Shown: piece by piece, positions 36,179 through 50,700 of the stretch | How positions within the stretch are numbered: the stretch's first letter is position 1 | Layout: every line of letters begins with the position of its first letter | Notes under the pieces: generated by a model | The model's database searches: none | What the model was told of the DNA's origin: nothing | What the model saw: only the letters and a program-made list of their open reading frames with translations | Translations under genes and position numbers: made by a program | Source: Antedon mediterranea | Lineage: Eukaryota > Animalia > Echinodermata | Assembly: GCF_964355755.1 (NCBI RefSeq) | Contig: NC_092670.1 | Span: forward strand, 20,260,795 to 20,324,794 | Direction of reading: 5' to 3' | Length of the DNA: 64,000 bases

Positions 36179-37660
36179 TTCAGAAAAGTGACGCGCGTTC
36201 ATTGTAGGAGGCCTACATAATATTTCATTGACATTGAAGCTAAATGTGGCAAAAGCACATAAAGGTACGTACATCCAGGATCAAGAACTGGTAACGTAAT
36301 ATATTAACACGTTTTCTTTTTTAAATTTTTGCAGATCCGTGATGTCAAATAGAGGTCACACAATCGAATTCCGCCCTGAGATGTACGTCGGTACGTATCC
36401 ACTTTTTAATACATTAACTACTGTAGAAACTACCAGAACTATATTATAGTTCTTTATATTTGAATAGATTTGCGACTGATTTAACAACGCAGTCGTCGTA
36501 GAGGTAACGGTACACCAAGGTATGTATAAAAACAGGGACAAAAAAAAGTATATTAACTATTAACAATTTGTGAACCGATGTCAGAGCAAACAATCGTAAT
36601 CAGATAATATGCGACGGTATGTTATATTTTGAATAAAATAAAAATACACTAAAGTGTTGCGAAACTCGTTTTTTAAATTATTATTAGATTGGCGACTTAT
36701 TGATCAACCGCCTTCGTAAGGTAACAACGGTCAATCAAGGTAGGACTTTGTAAAAGGTATTATTTTGTAAAAGTGTAGCGTATATAAGCCTACAGAAAAA
36801 AAGAAAAGAATAGGCCTATAGATATTAACAATTTTCAACTTTTACAGATTTGCTGATGAACCTGGATCGATATTCAACGTAAGGTAACAACAGTAAAATA
36901 ATGTAAAGGTATGTATACACGCACTATTAAAACAATTTACTATTTGTATTTTGTCTTTATTTTTTCAGATTGGTGAACTTATGTCAACTGAAGTAATAAC
37001 ACCGTCATAAATTAATCGGCAAAGTACAGTGAGTATAGCGCGTTCAGATCCGCGCTTTTACGATTTTACAAACTCTTTAATTTAAAATACAGGTGATCCT
37101 TAGGGTATCAAGGTAAGTGCTGGTATTTATCTTTATAAATCTTCCATATCCCTCTTTGCATATCTCCTAAATCGGTCGCTCAAAATTAACCAGTAAATGC
37201 AATATCCTGGACCAATTCAAGTATTAAGTCCATAACATATTAAACAAAACGGTTTTTATTTATCTTTAGAGAGGATATCAACGTGTGTCAAAGCTACCAC
37301 AATCTACCACGATGGCCGGTGATGTTTTTTTACTACATGACCACTACTGATGAGCCAAACCTAGGGGAGGAGGACGACAACGGCAATACATACAAGCTCT
37401 AATTTAGAACATTAAGGAATCTGGAGTTGTTGGACGAGGAGACTGGTATATGAACATGTATTATTTTGGGTTAATTTAGAAGGCCATCCTGCTTGTGTAA
37501 GTTAAAACGTTTGCTTGAATTTGTTTCAGTTCGTGCATGGTCAGCATCACAAGACAATTCGGAAGTGGACAACCAACCCAGAAGTGGACAACCCAGAAAT
37601 GGAACGGTATTTGAGCAACGTAGAAGTGGACACAACGCAGAGAGCGTTCAGTGATGCAAT
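36179..37660 (+). ncRNA. Putative spliced multi-exon non-coding transcript (or decayed gene, or distal fringe leader)
   Basis: A chain of short GC-richer blocks, each bounded by a polypyrimidine-AG acceptor and a GT donor: about 36179-36264, 36335-36390, 36468-36519, 36688-36739, 36848-36908, 36969-37028, 37093-37112, 37270-37445, and 37530 onward. Block 36468-36519 has stops in all three frames. No expression evidence is available. Confidence 0.45.
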
Positions 37661-37854
37661 TATGATAAATACTTTCATTATCATTTTCTGGTGGAATTGT
37701 CATCATATTCATTAATATATACCTTTCATTAATAACTTTCTCCTTCAATTTAATTTTGGTTATATTTTTGTGTAATGTTGGCTTTCATGTAATTGTATCT
37801 AACTCTCTTATTTACCGTCCTACTTTCCTGTTAGGCTTCCCCTTTCTTTGTAGT

Positions 37855-37965
37855 GGGTAGGCCAGGTATTGTAAGTATAGACAGTATGTAAGTAGGCCAG
37901 GTAGGTAATATATAGGGCCAGGTATGCAAGTATAGACAGTATGTAAGTATAGGCCAGGTATAAAT
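37855..37965 (+). repeat. Short repeated TAGGCCAGGTA / AAGTATAGACAGTATGTAAGTA units, followed by a GGATC-GA-GATCC hairpin
   Basis: GGCCAGGTA occurs four times and AAGTATAGACAGTATGTAAGTA twice. The hairpin lies just downstream at about 37990-38001. This may be the terminus of an unidentified element. Confidence 0.5.
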
Positions 37966-38740
37966 ATATGTGGATAGGTATGTAGGGTAGGATCGAGATC
38001 CGTTAGAAAAGGGGAGATATGATACCATTGCATGTGTTATTTACTCATTGCACTAAATATAATAATATGTTCACACCTAATATAAACATAATTATAATAC
38101 TACGGTATTTTGCCATAATTGCATCACTAAAATGTGCGACTAAACATTTTTTGTATAAATACCTGTCATAAATATACATGTCATGATATAAACATGATGT
38201 GCACAATATTGTTTTGAATTCAAATGTTTCTGGATGTGATAAATGAAATTAACAATATATGAAAAATAATGTTGTCCGTGCCCTAATTTTTGTCAATGTT
38301 TCAATAGTCTTAGTGCAACTTAAAAAAATAATAAAGTGGGTAGGACGGGGAGGTGGCGTAATGTATCCAAGCAACAATTAGTTTAATAGCGCCCTCTTAA
38401 ACTAAGTTCCATCACTAAGTTGAGCAACTTTAATTCTCACCTACAGTGTATTGCATTTACAGCATATTGGAATTTATTTAAGTTTTTATAGGCCTAAGTG
38501 GAATAATGGAAAAAGAAGCAAAAAAAAGGCTTAAATTTAAGGGATGTAAATCTAATAATGCAAAATGATACGCCCACTTTTGTAAAAATGAAATGCGCCC
38601 CCACATTTTGATCTTGGTAGGGAAAAAAGTGATGGCGGTGGTGATCGAAGACTGGTATAAGATTTAAGTTTACACTTGTCGGAAAGCTAGCCTGATGTAA
38701 ACATCCATTAAGGCCCAAATGTGGGCAACTTACTTTCAAG

Positions 38741-41700
38741 ATGCGAATGAGTGTAAAGAAGGCTGTACAATTGAGCGTAATTATAACGGCTCTATATATA
38801 ACTACTGTACATTTCTTTTCTAAGCAGACGATCTTATCTTCGGATGCTAGGCCCGGTTTAGATCGTGGTGAACGCAGTTGGGACAAGACCAAAGAGACTC
38901 CGGGCCGTTCAACCGGGCGTAAAGATCGAGTTATTCAAAGTATTATGCAACTAGAGCGGAATAAGTCGATAGGCTATGGCAACCAGGAACGTGTAGGACT
39001 AAATATCGAACGTAATTTCATATCGGATTCAGCGTTTATTGATAATAAGAAAGATAGGATAGACTTTCAGAGAAATAAAGAATTAAGCCTTCAACAACCA
39101 AAAGATGAAGTGAAAACTGAGGTTAGAAACACGGTTTTACCTGTAAACTTGACATTGTTTGAGAGCAATACTAACTTTAGAAATACTCAATTGTCCGATA
39201 TATTTATTGGTATGAAAACAACAGAGAGGTATCATCGTGAACGTCTTGACATTCTTCTGCAAACATGGGTCAAGCAAGCAAAAGAAGAGGTAAGTTACGT
39301 ACTAATTTTTAAAAGTTTTTATGAGAAGAAACTAAAGAAATTAAAAAGTCTGGTGTATTCACCTCGTTATATCACCATTTTTATGATTCCTCTACACCCT
39401 TACCTACATTTTTAATTGGTAAAATGATAAATAAAAGGAAGGTCTTAAAAATCAATTCCTACAATATCATTCTTTTCATAAAATAATATAAATATTGTTG
39501 AATGGAATATGGTCAATAAATTGAATAATGAGCGGCAACACGTTTAAGTATGTTTATCTTCAAGTATCCATGCTGTTCTATTTTCCGTATATTAATTACC
39601 AACAAAAGCACGACCTGCTTAACGCCGGGACCACAACAATGACTCAATGAGACGGCACCGTGACAAGTGACTTGCTGAATCAAAACAATTTCCGGTTCTT
39701 AGGTTTATTTTTGTCGGATTTTGATATTGTGTCAACCATAAAGAAGTCTATTTTTTGTTTTTCTTTCTGCACTTTAAAAAAAAAATAATGCATTTTTAAT
39801 ATGAAGTGATTTTCCGCAAGTTAGGAGCAAATTCAGAAATGTATGTGTAAATCTCATCTTTGGTTTCAATTCTTGTTTAAATCTTGTTTAAATTTTCAAT
39901 AACTCAATATTTTCATTTGTTTACAACTTTCAGTAGGGCAGTACATATAATAATTGCAGACTTATTTAATTATTACAGTAACACAGTATACAGTAAAGCT
40001 GTTGTTTCATTTTTTTTTAAATAAGACTAACAATAACTTAATATTTTCATTTTTTTTAAACTTTCACAGTAAGCCAGTACATACAGTAATTGCATACTTA
40101 TTAAATTGTTGTATAGTATAAAGCTCTTAATTTTATTTATAAAGTGTAACTCTTTATTTCTGGGGAAGCATGCCAATTCACTACTGTAATTAATTTGTTA
40201 TTCTGCAATATTGACTGCATTGTTTCATGTTTATTTTGAATACAGTAATTAATAATTATAATGCATCAGAAAAAATGAAACTATACTGTACATAGTAACA
40301 GTGTCCATAATCAACTGTTTACATACCAGTTTGTTTATGTAACTCCGTGTACAATTATATATTCCAAACAAACAATAAATTGTTATTTATTCTGAACATC
40401 TGTTATAATAGTTACAAGGTTTAATAACCTCCATGGTTTAATCATTGAGGAAGAATAAGGACCATTTCTAGTATTTTTCAAATTTCAGTAGTTTCAAATC
40501 AAACTCAACAAAATGTTGGCTGTAGTGTCAAAACATAATAATAGGATTGCCCCTTGTTCATTTGTCCCAATGATGGATGATTCTACTGTGTACATAAAGC
40601 TCTATCTACAGTACACTGTACAAAAATGGACATGATGTCATATCACTACTCTATTTAAGAATATCATTACCATATTTGGGCATATCAAACTAGTTTGATA
40701 GTGTAGACAGAGCTTAACTTTATGTACAATATTTACATTTTGAATGTAACAAACATATACTGTATATAAATGCACTACAGACAGGGTTCTAGGATGAAAC
40801 ATCCCACTTTAGACCAAATTCATATTCATTTTTTTGGGTATTTATCAAGTTTTTAAAGGTGTTTAACAATCCGTATTTTATTGATATTGACAATGTTGAT
40901 ATAATATATATAATAAATTACTAAATAAACGTAATTTTATATTCAATTTATTACTTCGAAAACCTTGTTTATTTTGTGCATTCGCCAAGCGGCCCACAGA
41001 GGCCGTATCTTGTCTACGTCGTTCACGTGACTAAAAAATTTTCATTTTCGACAATGTTTTAAAAATGTTTGCTTTATTGCATCTTTATCCCTAGTAGTAC
41101 TACCCCATAGTCTCTCTGAAAATAAATTTTGGGGAAAAAAGCTTATTTTATGCTTATAAAATGCATATCAAAGCCGATAAAATTAAGTGTGCCGGATTGT
41201 CTCAGGGCCGAATAGTCCCAGGCCAAATCGTCTCAGGGCCGAATCGTCCTGTTACCTACAGACTGTGCTAATTTCAGGCCCTGTTCAGACCCATGGCGTT
41301 AGACCGTTTTAGCGTACGACGCTAAAAGAATGTGTGTCTGAACAGTTGGGGATTAGCGTACAACGCGTCGTACAACGGTTGTAGCGTTGTAGTGGAAAAC
41401 GGTTGATAGTACCGTTTTAGCGTACGACGCTACTGTAAGTCAACGTTGTATCCAATCAGAACGTTTCCTGTTATGACGCGAAACAAGATTTGACCTAGGC
41501 TGACATCTTGTATCGTCAATGTGTGAGATGGATTTCAATAATAAAAAGGGCAGAATAAATAAGGCCTAACTACACTACAAATACAACTGTTACAAAGGCT
41601 ACAAACTACTATCAACTGATTACCATTATATTTTCAAACAAATGACTAAATACATGCATCTTGTATTTAAACATAGGGACTACGATCCCATCCGCTTTTA

Positions 41701-44700
41701 GGCCTAGCTAGGCCTAGAGAGCCATTCACGCATTTCATTCAAGCTAAAAACTAGCGTGGGACATCAAGTCACTCATTCATACAAGGCAGACTAGACTGGA
41801 CAAGTTTAATGCTGAAAACCCCCTAACTCCTAAAAAATTCAGTAAACAAACAAGAGAGCTGGGTCCCTTTTATTAGCAAGTTAAGGGTTATTAGCAACCG
41901 ACTGGACTGGGTGGGAATATATATTTTTGACTGGACTGGATAGACTAATCACAATCAATTTTTTCTTCATCATTAGGAGGCCTGCTTTATTTTCGTAACA
42001 CAAGAGCCTGGGGAAAATGTTTTTTACTACAAAATAAAAACAATAGAAACAGAAATTTGGCTTTACTATATTTTTCTTAAATAAATGCTGAGGTATGTTT
42101 TATTTACGGCAAATTTTGTCATAATTGTAGGGCTGAGATCTAGGCCTATCAGTGGAAATAATGATGAAAACACGTGGGTAAGAGCACATGAATATGCAAC
42201 TAGAAACAACCTGAATGACGTACTTCCGTTGTAACGATAATCGTACGCTATGGGTCTGAACACCTCGTTTTTTTCTCTGCGGTTTGTAACGTGACCTTGC
42301 TAGTAACGTTGTACGCTAAAACGGTCTAACGCCATGGGTCTGAACAGGGCCTTAATTTGACTAGTGTACAGCACAGGGACCACATGTACAGTACTGCATG
42401 TACTGTATTTTGTATAAATGTATGTAACCAATTATTGATTTAATGAAGTCGTAATATTCAATCTACAGTAGTACAAATCATATATTTATTTTCCTTTGTT
42501 ATACAGATACATGTATAAAATGTACTAACTAAACACAATACAGTATCCTCCAATATTAAACATACTGTACCATAGAGCTTAACAGCTATTGTAGGTCTGA
42601 GTAATTTCTCATTTCCTTTGGGTATTAATAAATGTTGAATAAAAACCTGTGATATATCATCTGTTACATGGATGATGTATTATATCTGTACTTTTTTTAG
42701 CAATTCATAACTGAGTGTAAAACTGGAAATCATTTTCAGAGCTTTTCAGCTTTGGTTTCTAGTCTGGTGGTACACAGTAGGGTACTACATTAAACCAGGC
42801 AGTTGTTATTATCAACTCCCTGATTAAACAAACACTGTTTAAAAGGAACCAGTGGCTAATTGCAGGATTCTGTTTTGAACGCTTTCCCTGCTCTTCATCC
42901 CTGTAACTACTGTCTCTTTTCTTATATATTGCTTACAGTACACATTGTGTTTTTTTTAAGAATACTAGATTTGGTTTTAAGGAAAAAACAAGCTTTTCAT
43001 CAACGTTTTAACACACTGTAGCATCTATGTAAAATCTTTTAATTTTAACGTATCGTAATGATGTACTGTAGAAAATGACAACTGCCATTTAATCTTTGTT
43101 TATAAAACTTTGACATTGAGCCTTGCTGTGAGATATTCAAGAAGTAAAGTATTAATGCGTTTTGAGCAGGTGCATTACTTGAGGTATTTACCGAACTTCT
43201 CTAGAATAAGCAGAACAAATCCTCCCTGTAGGAAATGTGTTTTGTTGTACCAGAGTACATGTTTTCTTTAGTGCTGAAGTGTCAGTCTTTCCGGTCCCTA
43301 TAGACATGTCAGCAATCTTTAAGCTGTGACAAATTTAAGAATTGCAAAATTTAGGGTTCAGTTTTGTGACATGTCATTATTATACAGTAGAGGCCCTGTT
43401 TTCTCTGGCAATAAATGTTAACTATGTTTTTATGTCCAGAAAAAAAAAATGTTCTTCCAGCACAAACAATACATGTTTATATCAGCCTCTTGTTTGGATT
43501 GAACAGTTCATCAATAATATACCTATGTATTATTTTCAGTTCTTCTACTGTAATAATACAGCACCTCCTTGGAGTCTATTGCTAATAATAATGTTCAGCG
43601 CTTAGAGGTTTCACAACATTAGGCGCTACTGTATATAAATCCAAGATATTATTATTATTAAAACGCAAATATTGTTCTTCACTTAATGTGTCTATAAAGC
43701 ACTTTGATTGTTGGAAAGGCGCTATAAAAATGCTACAGTGGGTTTAAAAATAAATATATATACCAAGAAAAACCCACCCTAGGAAGCCTGTTTCTTATGC
43801 CGCCTCTAGTTCATTAGCGTCTTCCTAAGCAGATCAACAAGAGATTCATGGCAATTGCTTCCGTAGGCACGTGCACGCCAGATTAGGAACACTAAAAAGG
43901 AAGTGGACCCCAATAATGAAGACAAGGACATGCACAGTGTGGGAGTACAGATAACACATCTCAAACATGTAAACAATTTTATACTAGCTTACTACACTAA
44001 TCAATTAACAAAAAACCTATACAAATGTTAAAGGGTGATATTGGCATTGACAGAGGTGCAATCGCTTTCTAGGAGCAGGTGCACCTACAGTATAACCAAT
44101 GTTCTATCAAAATTAGATTCTGATTATTAAAGTTATATAAGGACTGCTTTTGTCTAGAATGAAAAAAAAATTGTATATTCACTTTTAAAAGTTAACTTAG
44201 AGGCCAATTTATCAAATAATTATTTTAGTTTTTAAACCATATTACCGGAGTCTGCATACAGAGAATAGGGGGAGCTAGAATATTATATTACAGTAATCAC
44301 TGTCAAAGATATCAAAAAGTAGATCATAATTTTTTCATTTTAGTTGTCAAAATAAGCCCTAGCACAATCATGTATAATGTCTTTTTACTAAAGAAAATTT
44401 GTTTTTAAATTTTCTGTATATTTTTCAAATTATGTATGCTTTTCTTTTTCTGTATATATTTTATAACTTGTCTTTACTTTTTAAACCTTGTAACTGGACC
44501 ATTTTGAAAAGCAGTACTACGTTACTGAAAATGCAATCCAGTTAAAAGAAAGAATACTGTAAATTAAAATAAACAGTTATAAAGAAGTGAATGAATGAAG
44601 AAGTATAAATACTGTAGATATATTATACAGTTAAAACACAGTGATATGAATGCAATGATATTTCTGATACCCAAGTGTATTATAAAAAACAATGATGCTT

Positions 44701-47700
44701 TCTGTACTGTTTTGATTGTTTAATTGATCAACTTGTAGTTAATTGAGTATCCACATGTTTTCCTTATGGATTCACACATTGATTTTTCCCGCTGGAGGTG
44801 TAGAGCTCTTTCATGTCCCTTTCATGTTTGTACTTTACATATACAAAATGCCAATTTTCAAGGTTAATTTACGGTAGCTATTAATAAATTTGTAATGGCA
44901 TTCTAATTTCTATAGCACTTATTTTATTTCAATAAACATTTATTTTCTTAACATTTTACAAGATACAGTATGTCAGTAACTATAAACCCCTTCTTTGGAA
45001 CATCCCTATTATTAAGGGAACAATTTGTTTGGTCCTGAAGGTTTTCCCTTAATATGAGATTCTACTGTGTAATAATTTATGGACAAAATTTAGATACTGT
45101 ATATACAGTACTGTAGTAACTTTTATTTTTCAATACAATGTAATTTGGTATGACACGGACGTTGCAATGTACTATGGCAAGCAGTTCTATTTCCTGCACA
45201 TATGTACCAAATAAATGATGATTATTCATCCAGTCTGTTTGTGCGTGAGAAGGCTTTGAAATCTGCTTCACACACAGTTAAATTGAATGTAAATTTAACG
45301 GAAGATCTCTGTTAAAGTTCTTAAAGAAAAAAAAGTTCTGTGATAATTCGTGAGAAAGTAAAGCGTTTTAAAGGGAAACAGTCCTAATGTAATTGGGAAA
45401 TTTTAAAGGATTTTTTTTTCTTCCAAAAGTGGTCAATGAAATTCACATTGTCAAATTCCAAAACATTGGGAGACCTGTATTAGAATACTGTATACAGTTA
45501 CTGTAGTAAACAGCACAAAATGAGTTTCACAGACATTTTTTATTATGTTGATAGTTATGTATAATTAGAGATTTCAAGATCAATCATCAGTTACACTTTA
45601 CCTTGGTTATACTGTACATACTTTACTGTATACAGTACATACAGTATTGATAAATTGTATTTCTTTGTCAAAAAATCGAGAAAAAAAAGCTAAAATTATC
45701 ATACAAAAACGAACCCGGTTTTAAGGAAGCCCAAAAGCAGCCAACAATAATAAACTATCCCTGACGCAAAACTACAATTAAAATAATAAACCAACTACAA
45801 AATGAAGCAACGTAAAGAAAAACAATATAATATCCAGAGGTACAGTACTTTAATTAATCAAATCAATTAACTGTATAAATTAATATTAGAAGGGCACTGT
45901 CTATTTTGTTTACCTGGATAAACCAACAATAGCCTTTCTTCTCGAAGAGCAAAAACTCAAAGTAGATATTTTTAATAAAAGAGCACTATTTACTGTATTT
46001 TGAAAGATTTGATATTTTTTATTTTAAATGAGCACACCTCAGTGTCTTCATTCTGCAAGGCAAATTCTACTAGAGAAAAAAAGATATGGTATCAAAATTT
46101 TCTTAAATTAAATTTATTTCCAAAATTTAATATAATATTTAATAAAATATTTTGAGTAAAGATGAACAATAATCCAATTTGCAGCTGTAATGCAGGTGTT
46201 TCTTGCATCTTTGTCCACCTGAGGTCACCAGTTGACCGCCGAGACAGGACACAACTGATTTCCAATCAAGATAAGATTATCAAGAAGGTTATTAATAGTC
46301 TGCATGTTTGCTTCCCAATTTTTTTTTTATAATAAATGCAAGGCAAAAGTTTAATGTTAACTTTACTATTCTGTAAATTTTACCATTAAAAATCATGACA
46401 TGACAAACAAATTTACTCGTTGTAAACAGTACACAACTGTATGTCAACGTCTGCTGTAATTATCGTGTTAAAAACTCAATCAATATTAATTTTTATGTTT
46501 GTATAATGTTTTATGCCCCTTCAGAACACATAAAAAGCTGTTTTATACAATCTGTTTCTTTTTTGGTAGGGTGTTTACATTAAGTGGCGCCTAGAATATT
46601 TTCAATTACATCAATTTATCAAAAGCTTTCTCGCTCATATTTCACTGCAACACAAAATATAATTCATTCATCCCCATGTCTACTAATAAAAACAGTTTGT
46701 GTACTTTTTAACAGGTACCATGTATTGTTAACCATACAGAACTGCAACAAAGAAATGAAATTGGCCAGACCTCCGCCACTTTCATTAACCATTAAAAAGT
46801 GTATGTGATTATACTGTTTCTTTGTTAAAACATACTTAATAACAGATATTTATAACCAGAGTGGTAATCATGCCAAAGTTGTATTGAAAGTTATATTGTT
46901 GAGAGCATTGACAATTCGTTCAACTTGATAGTTCTTTACAAATCCGATGGCATTTCAGTTTAAATTTTTTGGTTTTCTCAGCTGATTATACTTGCGCTTT
47001 AGGACGGCCCTGAGCCGAACATTTATAAACATACAAGGGGCCTTGCAATGGACCCGATCCCTAAAGTACTGTAAAAGGGCGCGTTTATACAACACGCTAT
47101 TACACGCATATTCAACACGCCTACGAGAAGAGATTCTGTGTAATGAGATTTTAATTGCAAAAAAGGCTACTTGGCTGAATCCTAAAATTTTGTGGATTCC
47201 CGGTTGCTGTTGGCGTGTTGGAAGTGTCCTCAGGGTATTGTTTTGACCTCTCGTTAAATAAAAGTATGTGCTGTGAAAATGTTGACCAAATCTAGTAAAT
47301 AATTGTGATTTTTTTGCATATTTTAACCTATTTAGCACTTAACATTAACGCTAATCAAATGTTGGCATAATTAGGCAAAATGTAGCATAGTTTTATCGTA
47401 ATTCTAAAACATTTTTTTTCTAATTTCAAAAGCAGATTTAAAAAATCAATAATTGAATAAACTAAATTTTAAACGAAATCATCCTTTATTAAAATCCTTA
47501 ATATAAACTCATATTAATTCATAATGCATGCAAGTATATATAAAACTTAGGATTATGAACTACGGTATAACACGGTATTACGATTTCATGTATAACTGCA
47601 AGGTTTTTGTGGGGTTGACCTCGGGCCGTGCAACACGCTAAAAATTAAAGACGTGTCCAAATTTAGGGTGTTGTATAAACACAGCCTAAGTGTAGGCCTA

Positions 47701-50700
47701 CAGTCAGTATACAGTACAGGGTCTACACAGTATGTTAATGATTGAGTACAGTATGTTGTACAGTTACCTTACCGTTTTAATGTAATTTTATGTGTACAGT
47801 ACCCAAAATCAGAATATTAATGTTACTTCAAGTTGATTCCTTCCTTAAATAAATCATGCTGCTATAGTTAATTATAATTGAAAAAGTGCAGGCCTAAACA
47901 AAACATTGACTGCAACCGAAAGTACAGTAGGTTGTTAGTTTTAATACGGTTCACTTTCTCTAACCTAATTTCACATTATAATTAACCTTTTGACTTCTGA
48001 ATGATTTTCTTGAAATTGTTATCCTTAAAAAAAAATAACAATACCTCAACATTGTACGATAGTAAGGTAATAAGCAAGGATTAGTTTGAGTACAGTCTCT
48101 ACCTTGTGTAGTAATTCAGGTACAAGTTGTAAATTTGGGATTAGTGGCTTGTGGGGTATGAAGCTTAAATTGGCTTTGGAAAGAGTAACACTTCCTGTTT
48201 GCGTACACCACCTAGATAATGAGGCTCAAAACACTTGACTCATTGAGTACAGTTGATGATTATTATTCTGTAGATTAATCATGATTTATGATAAAACTTT
48301 GATCTTCGAAAATGTCCAGCTGAGATTAAACTTTTTAATTCTAATAAGCTAACATCAAGGGGCATCCTGGCTCTTGTTAAACTCGGAATTTAGCTTTAAA
48401 ACCTTAAACAATTAAACCATTTTTTCCAGCACATTAAACCATCCTAGTTTTGAATTCCATAAGGGCTTTACTATTATTATTATAGTAAGCTATATGATAA
48501 TACAGTAGTTTAAAAGTTTAGTTGCTTTTTACACACCTCAGAATGAACGCAATTCTGATTGAAAATTGTTTAATTCTTTCATGGTTTTTTTTGGGGTTTT
48601 TTTTTGAGAAAAAAGTGGACAAATTCCCAAAATTTGAGTGAAACTTTTTTAATGTTCTCTTATGTATCCTAACTTAACTAACTTTCTATTGGTCTAACTA
48701 GGTCAGGTTTTTTCTGTAACTGTAGCTTTTTTAAGAATTCCATAAGGGCTTTACTATTATTATTATAGTAAGCTATATGATAATACAGTAGTTTAAAAGT
48801 TTAGTTGCTTTTTACACACCTCAGAATGAACGCAATTTTGATTGAAAATTGTTTAATTCTTTCATGGTTTTTTTTGGGGTTTTTTTTGAGAAAAAAGTGG
48901 ACAAATTCCCAAAATTTGAGTGAAACTTTTTTAATTTTATCTTATGTATCCTAACTTAACTAACTTTCTATTGGTCTAACTAGGTCAGGTTTTTTCTGTA
49001 ACTGTAGCTTTTTTAAGCCTTTTAATTAGTCCTTTTAGATGTGAAGTACTTTTAGGTAAAAGCAATATATAAATCCGTATTATTATAAACTACCCTTCAC
49101 ATATCAGGTTTCTATATTTTCACTCAAGTGAAGCTAACAATATTTTTACATCAAATGTGTGTTATACAAAGGTAAATACGAAAGGTGAGAGGTGTCATTA
49201 ACTGACTTTTATAAGAATACCATTACCATGTTTGAAAAACCACTTGAAATCAGATTATCCCTCTAGGCTATGCATTTTTTTCCTCAGTTGTACCATGGAG
49301 TATTACTCCATGGTTGTACAAACTATATTTTGTTATAAAAGCACTAAGTTTTGTACCTAGATACAGGGGGTATACAATGTCAGTAAATATAGGAAAATTT
49401 CCTGATTTACTGCATAGTAGAGATATTTTGAATTTCAATTTTACATACGGTAGTTATTTAATTAGTACAAGTACACAGTATAAAAGATACCTACGGTATA
49501 TAGACAAAAATTAAGGATACCATTTAGTATGAAAGGCTCAGGCCTACTGTAAGCCCAAAAAATACCCGAGAGCAAATCCAAAATAGTTGCATTTGGAATC
49601 TCTCATCTCCATGTCTTAACAAAAAAAAACAATATTACTACTATTATTAATATTAAATTATAATAAACTGGGTTTGTGAATTTTGTATGAAAGGGTTAAT
49701 CCTCAGAGAACACTTTAGTGTATTATAATTCGTACTGTATATAATTTGCGATAATTGTAGTATATTGGTACAGTCACTTAACCCCAAAAAAGATAACAAT
49801 GACAATGTTGAAATGTAAAAGTACGTAGAACCTTGTTTTTCATGCCTTATTTTTCGCAATTGAACTTTTCGTTTAGATTTACCTTACCATAAAAATTTCA
49901 ATACGAACAACCCAGGAACAAATTACATATACTATTGGAGTAAGCAAGAGTTACTTTAATTGATTCGCACTTGCTCTGTAAAACTAACCATTGTCATTTG
50001 CTATAAACCCAACAAACTTTGCCTAATATGGAGGTTTATTTTTTACCCCGATGCTAAGCTCTGTCTAGATTACCATGTGACAAAAAAGATGTGATGTGCC
50101 CATATATGGATATACCTTATTTGTGCATATCTCACTACTATATTTGTGCATATCACTACCATATTTGGGCACATCAAACATTTTTTTGTCAAACTAGTTT
50201 GATTGATAGTGTAGACAGAGCTTTATTCACAATTAAATGGTGTTGAAATGTGCTGCTCTGTAAATCAATAAACTGTATGTGTTCACTTCCTATGATAATA
50301 AATTATATGTTTCCCTAAATTATTAATTTATAATGTTGTGAAAAGAAAGGTTTTGTTAAGCCTAATTATTGCAACCTGTGTTGCACTAAAGGTTGACATT
50401 AATTATAAATATGTAATTATGCAAAGAGTATGGTATGCGAAAATCTTGTTGCTTCATCTTTTGTTAATTTGCATTGCTAGCCTTTCCAAGGAAGCCCAGC
50501 ACTGCTTGTCCAACCCCTGTTGCCCTCTACCAACTGACAAGACACACCTGCCTAGGCCTGGGGTAAAGGATTACCATTTAATTTCACTTTTATTAGAAAG
50601 AATGCAGAAAACCTCTAAAATAAACTTAAAGAAAATATTACCGCTCAGTTTTTAGAAAAATGTGGTGTTAATAATAGACAATTAGTCAGTCAGTGGCTTC

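Noticed and set aside
36179-37530. snoRNA host-gene interpretation of the short-exon chain
   Set aside because: I found no intronic C box (RTGATGA) and D box (CTGA) pair with terminal stems, nor an H/ACA layout. Most introns are short and very AT-rich. A covariance-model search would be needed to exclude it fully.
39290-39415. C-terminal 41 aa of the 224-aa ORF 38741-39415 as coding
   Set aside because: Fringe similarity stops at the GAG|GTAAGT donor (39289) and resumes at 51915; the remainder is intron read-through.
42066-42263. Duplicated small [16 protein letters not shown] (also at 60096-60284) as a peptide gene family
   Set aside because: Both lie inside copies of the same non-autonomous transposon, begin at non-ATG codons and diverge by indels.
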